Assembly (NCBI GenBank): GCA_033762115.1
Contig: JANRLX010000114.1
Span: 1 to 39,580, forward strand
Length of the DNA: 39,580 nucleotides
Origin: Verrucomicrobiota bacterium
GTDB taxonomy: Bacteria; Verrucomicrobiota; Verrucomicrobiia; Limisphaerales; SXQI01
Direction of reading: 5' to 3'
The position numbers and the translations under genes were made by a program. Shown here in pieces: positions 9,614-18,089 of the stretch. Below the pieces are notes generated by a model. It had not been told where the DNA came from. It made no database searches and saw only the letters and a list, made by a program, of their open reading frames with translations. Each line of letters opens with the position of its first letter. Positions within the stretch are counted from its first letter, which is position 1.

Positions 9614-11994
9614 TGGATTTGGCCCTGATACAGAACAGCGTCATCGTGACCGTTGCCACCACCCTGTTGGCAATGGCCCTTGGCCTGGTTGCCGCCACAG
9701 GATCGCTGCTACTGTCTCCCAAGTTCTCGCGTTTCGTCTCAATCGTTGCCGCCATCGCATTGCTCACTCCTCCATTTCTCCTGACCAATTGCTGGCTCGA
9801 TCTGTTCGGCTTTACGGGGCGACTCCGCTCCTTCATCTCATTCAATATCTATTCCCTTGAAGGGACTGTTCTGCTGCTGACCCTGAACCTCTGGCCCATT
9901 ACTTTTTTTCTCACCAGCTTTTCCTGGGGCCGGATCGCCCCCGGCTATTTCGAGCAAACACCGGAGCTTCGTAATCTGCCGCTGTTTCGATATCTGCTCT
10001 TCCCTTTTGCCAGGCCAGCCCTTTTCCAGGCATTCTCGCTGACAGCGATCCTGTCGCTGACCCAGTTTTCAATCCCTGCTCTGCTTCAGGTCAAAACCTT
10101 TTCTCGACAACTCTGGTTGAGTTTTACTGAACAGTTCGATCCATGGCGCTCCCTTGCCCTGGCCTGGCCGATCTTTCTCCTTCCTGTTCTTTGGGTTCTG
10201 ATTTCCCGCATTCCTCTGATTCCATGGCAAACCACAAATAACTCATTGAACAAGAGTTGGTTGCGCAGCCGGATCAATTTTCGGTTTCACTTGTTCCCAC
10301 TAATTCCCACTTGTTGCCTGCTGCTCATTTCGCTCCTGCCGCTGTTTCATTTGGTTGCCGACGGGCAGACCTGGCGGGAACTCCTGCCCGCAATTTCGAC
10401 CGCCGGCACACCCATATGGAATTCTTTCTTGAACGCTGGTTGCGCTGCCTTGCTTGCTGCCCTGATGGCGCTGCTGCTTCCCGGTACCTGGCGAGCCGCG
10501 TTTTGGACTCTTTTTCTCCTGCCCGGAGTGCTCCTGGGAATTTTAGCAATCCTCATCTTCAATCGCCCTGCTTTTTCACTGCTCTATCCCAGTTCGGGGT
10601 TGGTATTTTTTCTTTTTGCTCTTCGCTATGGACTCCTCGCTTTTGAACCGGTCCAGGCAGGCCGGGACAGAATTGCGCGAGGTCAGCTCGAAACAGCCAT
10701 CCTCTCCGGCGCTCGTTTTGGTGACCGCTTTTTCAGGATTGTTTTGCCTCAATTAAAAACGGAACTGTTCATTGGGGGATGGCTCGTTTTCGTTTTCGCT
10801 CTTTGGGATGTTGAAACCTTGATCTTTATTGTTCCTCCCGGTGGTGAAACCCTCTCCCTCCGTATTTTCAATATGCTGCATTACGGACATCTTGGTCAAG
10901 TCAATGCTCTTTGCCTGATCCTCCTTGTTCTTGGTCTTGCACCGCTTCTACTCCAAACAATTCCAAAAAAACGTCTGGCAAACCTCACGCCCTTCTTGAC
11001 GCTGCTTCCCATTGCCGCGCTCACCGGTTGTTCACAAGGTTCACACGCCGATACCTCCCTTAGAAGCAATTTATTCTCTTCCGTCCAGGTCATAGGATCA
11101 CGCGGAACCGGGGCCGGACAATTCAACAAACCGCGTTCCATTTCCGTGGATGCCCAGAACTGCCTTTACGTGATTGATATGACCGGGCGGGTGCAAAAAT
11201 TTTCCCCGGATGGTCAATTTCTACAACTCTGGCAAATGCCGGAAACTGACAAGGGAAAAGCCAAGGGGATGTGCCAGGATACCAATGGAAACCTTGTCCT
11301 GATTGAACCGCACTATGCGCGTGTGAATCATTTCAGTTCAAATGGCCTTCTCCTTGCCCAATGGGGAAACCCCGGGACCAACAAGGGGGAGTTGATGTTT
11401 CCACGCGCGGCCGTCGCCAATTCAAAAGGCGAACTGTTCATCAGCGAATTTGGGATTGTCGAACGGGTGCAACGCTTCACTCATCACGGAACCCAATTCA
11501 TCAACAGCATCGGGCAGCGCGGGGAAAAGCCGGGCGAATTCAACCGTCCTGAAGGACTCGGGATCGACTCGCAAGACCGTCTTTATGTCGCTGATTCCTG
11601 CAACCACCGTATTCAAATCTTCAATCCGGCCGGAGAGTTTCTTCGTTCCTATGGGCTGCCCGGCACGGCAGCTGGGCAATTAAACTATCCTTACGATGTC
11701 CGGGTGGACGCCACCGGGCTGCAATTTGTTTGTGAGTTCGGGAACAGCAGAATACAGGTCTTTGATTCAGAGGATCGAACAGTTGAACTGGTCGGTGGCG
11801 TTGGAAGCAACCCCGGAGAATTGAACAATCCCTGGTCTATTGCCCTGGATGCGGCAGGCAATTTGTACGTTGCAGATTCAGGAAACCATCGCGTCCAAAA
11901 GTTTGTTCGACGCCAACCGTTGCCAAGAGCCAGAGCTTCCTTCGTTTCTCATGACCTGACAGTCGAAACCAGATTGCTGGCTGACATGAAATGA
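9613..11994 (+). CDS. ABC permease (FbpB-like, duplicated TM domain) fused to a C-terminal NHL-repeat beta-propeller
   Basis: About 450 aa polytopic region with an EAA loop (LETAILSGARFGDRFFRIVLP) and PPGGETLSLRIF. It is followed by six NHL-type repeats (GQFNKPR, GEFNRPEG..LYVADSCNHRIQ, GELNNPW..LYVADSGNHRVQKF). TAATG overlap with the upstream gene. Confidence 0.88.
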   Translation: MDLALIQNSVIVTVATTLLAMALGLVAATGSLLLSPKFSRFVSIVAAIALLTPPFLLTNCWLDLFGFTGRLRSFISFNIYSLEGTVLLLTLNLWPITFFLTSFSWGRIAPGYFEQTPELRNLPLFRYLLFPFARPALFQAFSLTAILSLTQFSIPALLQVKTFSRQLWLSFTEQFDPWRSLALAWPIFLLPVLWVLISRIPLIPWQTTNNSLNKSWLRSRINFRFHLFPLIPTCCLLLISLLPLFHLVADGQTWRELLPAISTAGTPIWNSFLNAGCAALLAALMALLLPGTWRAAFWTLFLLPGVLLGILAILIFNRPAFSLLYPSSGLVFFLFALRYGLLAFEPVQAGRDRIARGQLETAILSGARFGDRFFRIVLPQLKTELFIGGWLVFVFALWDVETLIFIVPPGGETLSLRIFNMLHYGHLGQVNALCLILLVLGLAPLLLQTIPKKRLANLTPFLTLLPIAALTGCSQGSHADTSLRSNLFSSVQVIGSRGTGAGQFNKPRSISVDAQNCLYVIDMTGRVQKFSPDGQFLQLWQMPETDKGKAKGMCQDTNGNLVLIEPHYARVNHFSSNGLLLAQWGNPGTNKGELMFPRAAVANSKGELFISEFGIVERVQRFTHHGTQFINSIGQRGEKPGEFNRPEGLGIDSQDRLYVADSCNHRIQIFNPAGEFLRSYGLPGTAAGQLNYPYDVRVDATGLQFVCEFGNSRIQVFDSEDRTVELVGGVGSNPGELNNPWSIALDAAGNLYVADSGNHRVQKFVRRQPLPRARASFVSHDLTVETRLLADMK

Positions 11995-14870
11995 ATTTCC
12001 AATTCACCAATCCACTTTGGCTCTGGCTGCTGATCCCGGCGCTCGGGATAGTGGGGTGGCTTGCCTGGAAATCGGACGTCCAGATCAGCCCATGGCGACG
12101 CTGGCTCGCCTTGTCCCTGCGTATCATGGTTGTGCTTTGCACCATTTTTGCCCTGGCTGGCATCCAGTGGAAACGCCCCCAGGAAGGATTAAATGTTTTT
12201 TACCTGCTGGATCGCTCGGACAGCATTCCATCTCCGCAACAGGAAGCTGCACGTAATTATGTAAATCAATCCTTCAAGCAAAAAACCGAGCATGACAAAG
12301 GGGGTGTCCTTGTTTTTGGCACCGATGCCAGCCTCGAATCTTCCGCCAATCCAGCCATTGACCTTCAAAAAATCCATGCGGTCGTTGATACGGAACGAAC
12401 AGATATTGGCAGTGCCATCCGCCTTGCCACCGCTGCTTTTCCTGAGACTGGCCAGAAACGCATGGTCCTGTTAAGCGATGGAAACGAAAATATCGGCGAT
12501 GCGATTACCGCCATCCTTGCTGCAAAGCCTCTGGGTGTGACGATGGATGTAGTGCCTTTGGGGGCCGTTCGCGGAAACGACATCGCCATCCAAAAACTCA
12601 GCCTTCCAAATAATTTGAAGAAGGGGCAAACCTTCGATGTTAAAATTTTTGCCCAGGCTGACCAACCACAAAAAGCCACCGTTCGTCTTTATCGCAACGA
12701 TCAATATCTCGATTCACAGGTCATCGAGCTCGCCGCCGGAAAAAACCTCTTCTCCTTTCCTCAAACTCTCGATACTCCCGGCTTTTACAGTTACGATATT
12801 CAGTTGGAAGGTGCGAATGATCAGCTCGCTCAAAATAATCGTGCCGTCAATTTTACATACGTTCGCGGAAACCCGAGCATCCTCGTGATTTCGTCTGATC
12901 CGTCCAGCGATGCACCTTTGGCCGAAGCCCTTCGCCAATCCCGCATTGATGTCAAAGTCACTGACCTCAGCGGCTTTCCGAGCACGCTCGCTGAAATGCA
13001 ATCATACGATACCATTTTCCTGAGCAACATCGCCGCTGGCGATATGGGATCGGACATGATGCGGCTGCTGGAAAGCGCGGTGCGTGACTTCGGCGTGGGG
13101 CTCGTCTGCCTTGGTGGAGACCAAAGCTTTGCCGCAGGTGGTTATCGCGATACTCCTCTCGAACGCGCCCTCCCTGTCGACATGGAACTGAGCAGCAAGA
13201 AAGTTCTTCCGAGCGGCGCGCTCGTGCTTGTTGTGCATGCGACTGAGTTTCCCAATGGAAATCAATGGGCGCGCGATATCGCATTCGCCGCGCTTCAAGC
13301 GCTAGGTCCCCAGGATGAGATGGGAATTGTTCTGTGGAATGGAACAGACAACTGGCTTTTCCCATTGCAAAAAGTCGGGGATAAAAAATCTCTCGGCCGT
13401 CTGATTGCCGGAATGAATCCGGGCGACATGGTAAGCTTCCAAAATGTCATGGCCATGGCCCATACCGACCTTAAAAAGTCCAACGCCAGTCTCAAGCATA
13501 TGGTGGTGTTCAGCGATGGGGACCCAACAGCCCCTTCCACAGAACAGGTGGAATCGATCGTGGCGGATAAAATTACCGTCAGCACAGTCATGATCGGCGG
13601 CCATGTTTCACCCACCACCATGACCTGGATGGCTGAGGTGGGGCGAGGCCGCTTTTATGATGTTCGTTCCCCTGCCCAGCTTCCCCAGATTTTCATCAAG
13701 GAGGCAGCAGTCATTCTGAAATCCGCGATCTTCGAAAAGCCATTTAAACCCAGGTTAGCCCAAAACAGCGAACTCCTTCGCGGCATTTCTGCGCAGGAAT
13801 ATCCTCTTTTGCAGGGATATGTGGCCACCACTGCCAAGCCGCGGGCTGAAATCCCCCTCGTTTCCGAACAGGGCGACCCTCTGCTCGCCCATTGGCAGTA
13901 TGGGCTGGGGCGTTCGGTTGCGTTCACCTCTGATGCCAAAGCAAAATGGGCGCAGAACTGGTTGGACTGGCCAAAATATCGTCAATTCTGGTCGCAAGTC
14001 GCCCAATGGAGTTTGCGCAAGGTGGAGAATGCTGATTTCACCACTGACATTAACGTGGACCGTGGTGAAGGGCAGATTAGTGTTGAGGCAGTGGATGCCC
14101 AGGGGAATTTCCGCAATTTCCTCAATCTTGAAACGGTGATCGTCAGCCCTAAAGGAGAACGGCAGACCGTGCGTCTTGAGCAAACCGGCCCCGGTCATTA
14201 TGAAGCCCGCTTCCCCACCAGGGAAGTCGGCGCTTACCTGATCAATCTGATGGAAACACGAAATGGGCAGTTGGTTGGTTCCCAGGTCCTTGGCGCAAGC
14301 GTCAATTATTCCCCTGAATTCAATAATACCGAACCGAACCTCAATCTCCTCACCCGCCTTGCTGAACTGGGCGGTGGGAAAGTGCTCGATCTTAAAAATC
14401 CTGCGGTCAATCCCTTTACCCATGACCGGCTCAAAACCTTTCAACCACGTGATCTGTGGGAATGGATGCTGCAAGTAGCCATCATTCTGTTTGTCCTGGA
14501 TGTCGGGGTGCGCCGGATTCAAATCGATGCCGAAGAATGGCGCAAAGCCACTCTTAATCTCCGTCGCGCACTATTTTTCTGGAAAGCCACCCAGCGCCCT
14601 GTCGAAGCGGATGAAGCCCTGGGTGCCCTGCTGGCAAGAAAGGAAAAAATCAAGAGCGCACTCACCACCACTCCTTCTGTCATTCAACCAAATCCAGACC
14701 TTTTCAAGCCGGTTGCCAAACCACCGGCTGACATGCCACCTGGCCAATCATCGCCGCCGCAATCGCAAAGCCAGTCCCCGCTGGCAGCAAGTTCTGATTC
14801 CGCCTCTCCAAAACAGGAAAGTACTGCCAGTCGTCTCCTGGATGCCAAACGCCGCGCAATGAAAAAATGA
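11991..14870 (+). CDS. Membrane protein with VWA, Ig-like, glutamine-amidotransferase-like (DUF1355-type) and second VWA domains
   Basis: N-terminal double TM (NPLWLWLL...). VWA1 has DRSDS/TDI/LSDG. A GATase-like segment reads YDTIFLSN..GGDQSFAAGGYRDTPLERALPV. VWA2 has FSDG. Then WQYGLGRSVAFTSD, a C-terminal TM and a P/S/Q-rich tail. Confidence 0.87.
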   Translation: MNFQFTNPLWLWLLIPALGIVGWLAWKSDVQISPWRRWLALSLRIMVVLCTIFALAGIQWKRPQEGLNVFYLLDRSDSIPSPQQEAARNYVNQSFKQKTEHDKGGVLVFGTDASLESSANPAIDLQKIHAVVDTERTDIGSAIRLATAAFPETGQKRMVLLSDGNENIGDAITAILAAKPLGVTMDVVPLGAVRGNDIAIQKLSLPNNLKKGQTFDVKIFAQADQPQKATVRLYRNDQYLDSQVIELAAGKNLFSFPQTLDTPGFYSYDIQLEGANDQLAQNNRAVNFTYVRGNPSILVISSDPSSDAPLAEALRQSRIDVKVTDLSGFPSTLAEMQSYDTIFLSNIAAGDMGSDMMRLLESAVRDFGVGLVCLGGDQSFAAGGYRDTPLERALPVDMELSSKKVLPSGALVLVVHATEFPNGNQWARDIAFAALQALGPQDEMGIVLWNGTDNWLFPLQKVGDKKSLGRLIAGMNPGDMVSFQNVMAMAHTDLKKSNASLKHMVVFSDGDPTAPSTEQVESIVADKITVSTVMIGGHVSPTTMTWMAEVGRGRFYDVRSPAQLPQIFIKEAAVILKSAIFEKPFKPRLAQNSELLRGISAQEYPLLQGYVATTAKPRAEIPLVSEQGDPLLAHWQYGLGRSVAFTSDAKAKWAQNWLDWPKYRQFWSQVAQWSLRKVENADFTTDINVDRGEGQISVEAVDAQGNFRNFLNLETVIVSPKGERQTVRLEQTGPGHYEARFPTREVGAYLINLMETRNGQLVGSQVLGASVNYSPEFNNTEPNLNLLTRLAELGGGKVLDLKNPAVNPFTHDRLKTFQPRDLWEWMLQVAIILFVLDVGVRRIQIDAEEWRKATLNLRRALFFWKATQRPVEADEALGALLARKEKIKSALTTTPSVIQPNPDLFKPVAKPPADMPPGQSSPPQSQSQSPLAASSDSASPKQESTASRLLDAKRRAMKK

Positions 14871-14909
14871 ACTGATTGCAATAGAATTCATTTCGAATAT
14901 TTTATAAAA

Positions 14910-16364
14910 ATGTTTCTCTCACCCAACTGTTCACGCCGCCACTTTCTCAGCTGCACCGCCGCTGGTTTTGGCGCATTGGCAATGGGAGCGCTTTCCAGCC
15001 TCAATTTAAGAGGTGAGGGGGCAAAAGTCCTGATTGATCCACTGAATCCTTACGCTCCGCGCGCACCACATTTTGCGCCAAAAGCCAAATCGGTGATCTT
15101 TCTTTACATGGTCGGCGGTCCCTCCCAGGTGGACACATTCGATTACAAACCTGAACTACAAAAACTCCACGGCAAACCGGTGCCTGATTCCATTAAAAAA
15201 GCGGTTGAAGCCACCCGGTTTGCCAATGTATTCCATGGCTGCAAGGAGGAACTCCTCGGAAGTCCTTACTCATGGAAACAGTATGGCCAGTCGGGCATGT
15301 GGGTCAGTGAGCTCTATTCCAATGTTGCCTCTCATGTCGATGACCTCTGTTTCATTCATTCGCTTCAGGCTGAAAGCAACAACCACGCCCCGGCCAGTTA
15401 TCAACTCCACACCGGCGATATTCGCCCCGGAAAAGCCAGCCTCGGATCCTGGGTGACCTATGGCCTTGGAACGGAAAACCAGGACCTCCCAGGTTATGTG
15501 ATGCTGTTTGAAGCAGGCCCGCTGGGCGGTGCCGCCAATTATTCCAACGGTTTTCTCCCGGCTGCATTTCAACCCACTCGATTGCGGGATAAAGGCACTC
15601 CTGTGCTTGACCTTCTCCCCCCCGAGCAATTTGCCGAGGGCCAGCGTGCTTCGCTCGATTTAATTCGCTCCTTGAATCTCCAGCACCGTGATACCCGCCA
15701 GAATTTTACTGAACTGGATGCTCGTATTGCCAGTTATGAACTGGCTTACCGGATGCAGTCCGCTGCCCTCGAAGTGGGAAATATTGAAACCGAACCAGAG
15801 CAGATTCGAAAAAGCTATGGTTTCGAGCACAAGGACACCCGCACGGTTGCCTTTGCACGCAAATGTCTCATGGCCCGGCGACTTGTGGAGCGGGGCGTCC
15901 GTTTCGTGCAGCTTTATGACATGCCGGACAAGGATGGGTGGGACGCTCACGACAAATTAACCAACAACCATACCCCGCGTGCCCGGTGGACTGATCAACC
16001 AATCGCCGCCCTTCTTGAAGATTTAAAACAACGCGGCTTGCTCGAGAGCACGCTTGTAATCTGGGCGAGTGAATTCGGTCGTACCCCAATGATGCAGGGC
16101 GATAACGGCCGACAGCACAACGCTGCAGGTTTTACCATCTGGATGGCTGGAGGCGGCGTTCGAGCTGGCACCCGCATTGGCGCCACTGATGAAATCGGTC
16201 TGATGGCTACACAGGACCCTTATCCTTTTCGCGACCTTCATGCCACCATCCTTGCCGCACTGGGTCTCAGGCATGATATTTTCCAGTACGAAGTTAACGG
16301 ACGCCATGAGCGGTTGACAGGTGTGGCAGGCCTGGCGAAACCAATCCCGGGTGTTCTTGCCTAA
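14910..16364 (+). CDS. DUF1501 family protein (Tat-exported, alkaline phosphatase/sulfatase-like fold)
   Basis: Twin-arginine SRRHFL, AKSVIFLYMVGGPSQVDTFDYKP, ARRLVERGVRFVQL, WDAH, SEFGRTP and DLHATIL. Confidence 0.93.
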   Translation: MFLSPNCSRRHFLSCTAAGFGALAMGALSSLNLRGEGAKVLIDPLNPYAPRAPHFAPKAKSVIFLYMVGGPSQVDTFDYKPELQKLHGKPVPDSIKKAVEATRFANVFHGCKEELLGSPYSWKQYGQSGMWVSELYSNVASHVDDLCFIHSLQAESNNHAPASYQLHTGDIRPGKASLGSWVTYGLGTENQDLPGYVMLFEAGPLGGAANYSNGFLPAAFQPTRLRDKGTPVLDLLPPEQFAEGQRASLDLIRSLNLQHRDTRQNFTELDARIASYELAYRMQSAALEVGNIETEPEQIRKSYGFEHKDTRTVAFARKCLMARRLVERGVRFVQLYDMPDKDGWDAHDKLTNNHTPRARWTDQPIAALLEDLKQRGLLESTLVIWASEFGRTPMMQGDNGRQHNAAGFTIWMAGGGVRAGTRIGATDEIGLMATQDPYPFRDLHATILAALGLRHDIFQYEVNGRHERLTGVAGLAKPIPGVLA

Positions 16365-16367
16365 ACG

Positions 16368-18089
16368 CTACGGAACCGGCAAAAAAATCGAGAAAGTACT
16401 GCCCTCCTCTTCCCTGGACTTCAGGGTAATCTTTCCGCCGTGCGCTTCCACAATTTTGACCACAATTGCCAATCCCAGGCCTGTCCCTTTTGGTTTGCTT
16501 GTCGAAAGCAGGGAATCAAAAACCCGCGCCGCCTGCTCAGGACTCATTCCCGCACCGGTGTCACGAATATCAATCCGCAAAAGCCGCCCCTCCGCTGATT
16601 GCTCGATGGAAGTGCAAATCGTCAACTTCCCGCCATCCGGCATCGACTCCACCGCGTTTAGTGTGAGGTTCAAAAATGCCTGTTCCAACTGTCCAGGATC
16701 GGCCTGAATCATCGGCAGGTTTGCTTCGAATTCCTGCTGCAACGTGATTTTTTGGTTCGTCAGCTTGTGCCGCACCAGCAGCATCAGGTCTGTCATCAAC
16801 GAATTGATGTCCACCGAGGAAAAATGCGGTTCAGCTGTCCTGGCAAAATCCAGTACCTGCTCCACGATCTTATTCAAATGATCCATTTTCTCGCTGATCA
16901 ATCGAACATCCCTGGATCGCGGATCATCAGCAGAAAACTCAAGGTTTAACGAATGATACAGCATCTTCATCACCGTGAGCGGATTTCGGATTTCATGCGC
17001 CACCTCCGCCGCCAGCAGCCCGATGGCTGAAAGTTTTTCGTTTTGGCGCAACTGCTCTTCCATGTTCACAATCCGCTCATAAAGTCGCGCCCGCTCAATT
17101 GCAATTCCTGACATTTCCGCCAGCAATGACAAAATTCGAATCTCTTCGTTGGAAAAGCTATGGACATCGGAAGTGTAAACGCTCAAAGCCCCAATTGCCT
17201 CCTTGTAATACATCAAAGGAACGCTCAGCAGTGAGATCAACCCCTCTTCGCGTGCCACACTTACATTCTGGTAGCGCGAAGAGATTTGCACATTCTCGAT
17301 CTGCACCGGTTTTTTTCGGCGCACAACCGAACCCAGCACGCTTTCCGCCGTACTTAATCGCGGTTTGTTGATATAAGCTTCCCCTGCCCCGTGACTCGCT
17401 TTCAGGTCGAGGTACTCCCCTGATTCATCCAGCATCAATAGCGACGCCATCTTGCCACCCATCAATTCACATGCCTCTCGCGTGATGACTTGCAACGCAT
17501 CCGAAAGGTTCAGCGTGGAACTGATCGTCTGGCCCACGCTCAACAGTGCTTCAAACAAGCGGGCCTTGACCCGTAATTGCTCATAAAGCCAGGTATTATG
17601 GATGACTTTCGCGGCTTGCACCGCCAGTTCTCTCAGCAGTTCGGAATCGGCAATTGAAAATGCCCCCAGCCGCTCCGAATCCACGTTTAAAACCCCACGC
17701 AATTCCCCATTCACCTCCAATGGAACAGCCAGTTCAGACATGACATTCCGCTTCACCATGACGTAGCGACGGTCTTTCGTTACATCCGCCACCAACGCTG
17801 GCTTGCCGGTCCTTGCCACCCACCCGGTTATCCCTTCGCCTACTTTTAATTTGATTCCACTGCTCTCTGTCGGGAGGCCGTAAGAGGCTTCAATCTCCAG
17901 AAAGCCTGTCGTGGGATTGACCAACACCACCGAACCGCTGGAAGCGCGCATCACACGCACAGCTTCGCTCAGGATCAATTCCAATGCCTGGCGTGATTCA
18001 AGCGTCGAATGAATGACACTGCTGACCTGGTGCAGCAACTTGAGCTTGTCATACTCAGCACGCAGTTGTTCCAAAGAGGGAGAGTTCAT
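16368..18089 (-). CDS. Cytoplasmic GAF-GAF sensor histidine kinase
   Basis: Two GAF domains (GEGITGWVA...SELAVPL; SLLSVPL), H-box AHEIRNPL, N-box NLTLNAVE, DTGAGM and GTGLGL. No TM. The start MNSPSLEQ overlaps the upstream stop (ATGA). Confidence 0.93.
   Translation of the reverse strand: MNSPSLEQLRAEYDKLKLLHQVSSVIHSTLESRQALELILSEAVRVMRASSGSVVLVNPTTGFLEIEASYGLPTESSGIKLKVGEGITGWVARTGKPALVADVTKDRRYVMVKRNVMSELAVPLEVNGELRGVLNVDSERLGAFSIADSELLRELAVQAAKVIHNTWLYEQLRVKARLFEALLSVGQTISSTLNLSDALQVITREACELMGGKMASLLMLDESGEYLDLKASHGAGEAYINKPRLSTAESVLGSVVRRKKPVQIENVQISSRYQNVSVAREEGLISLLSVPLMYYKEAIGALSVYTSDVHSFSNEEIRILSLLAEMSGIAIERARLYERIVNMEEQLRQNEKLSAIGLLAAEVAHEIRNPLTVMKMLYHSLNLEFSADDPRSRDVRLISEKMDHLNKIVEQVLDFARTAEPHFSSVDINSLMTDLMLLVRHKLTNQKITLQQEFEANLPMIQADPGQLEQAFLNLTLNAVESMPDGGKLTICTSIEQSAEGRLLRIDIRDTGAGMSPEQAARVFDSLLSTSKPKGTGLGLAIVVKIVEAHGGKITLKSREEEGSTFSIFLPVP

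Noticed and set aside
13755..14522. 255 aa minus-strand ORF
   Set aside because: Antisense to the VWA-GATase gene with no recognisable features.
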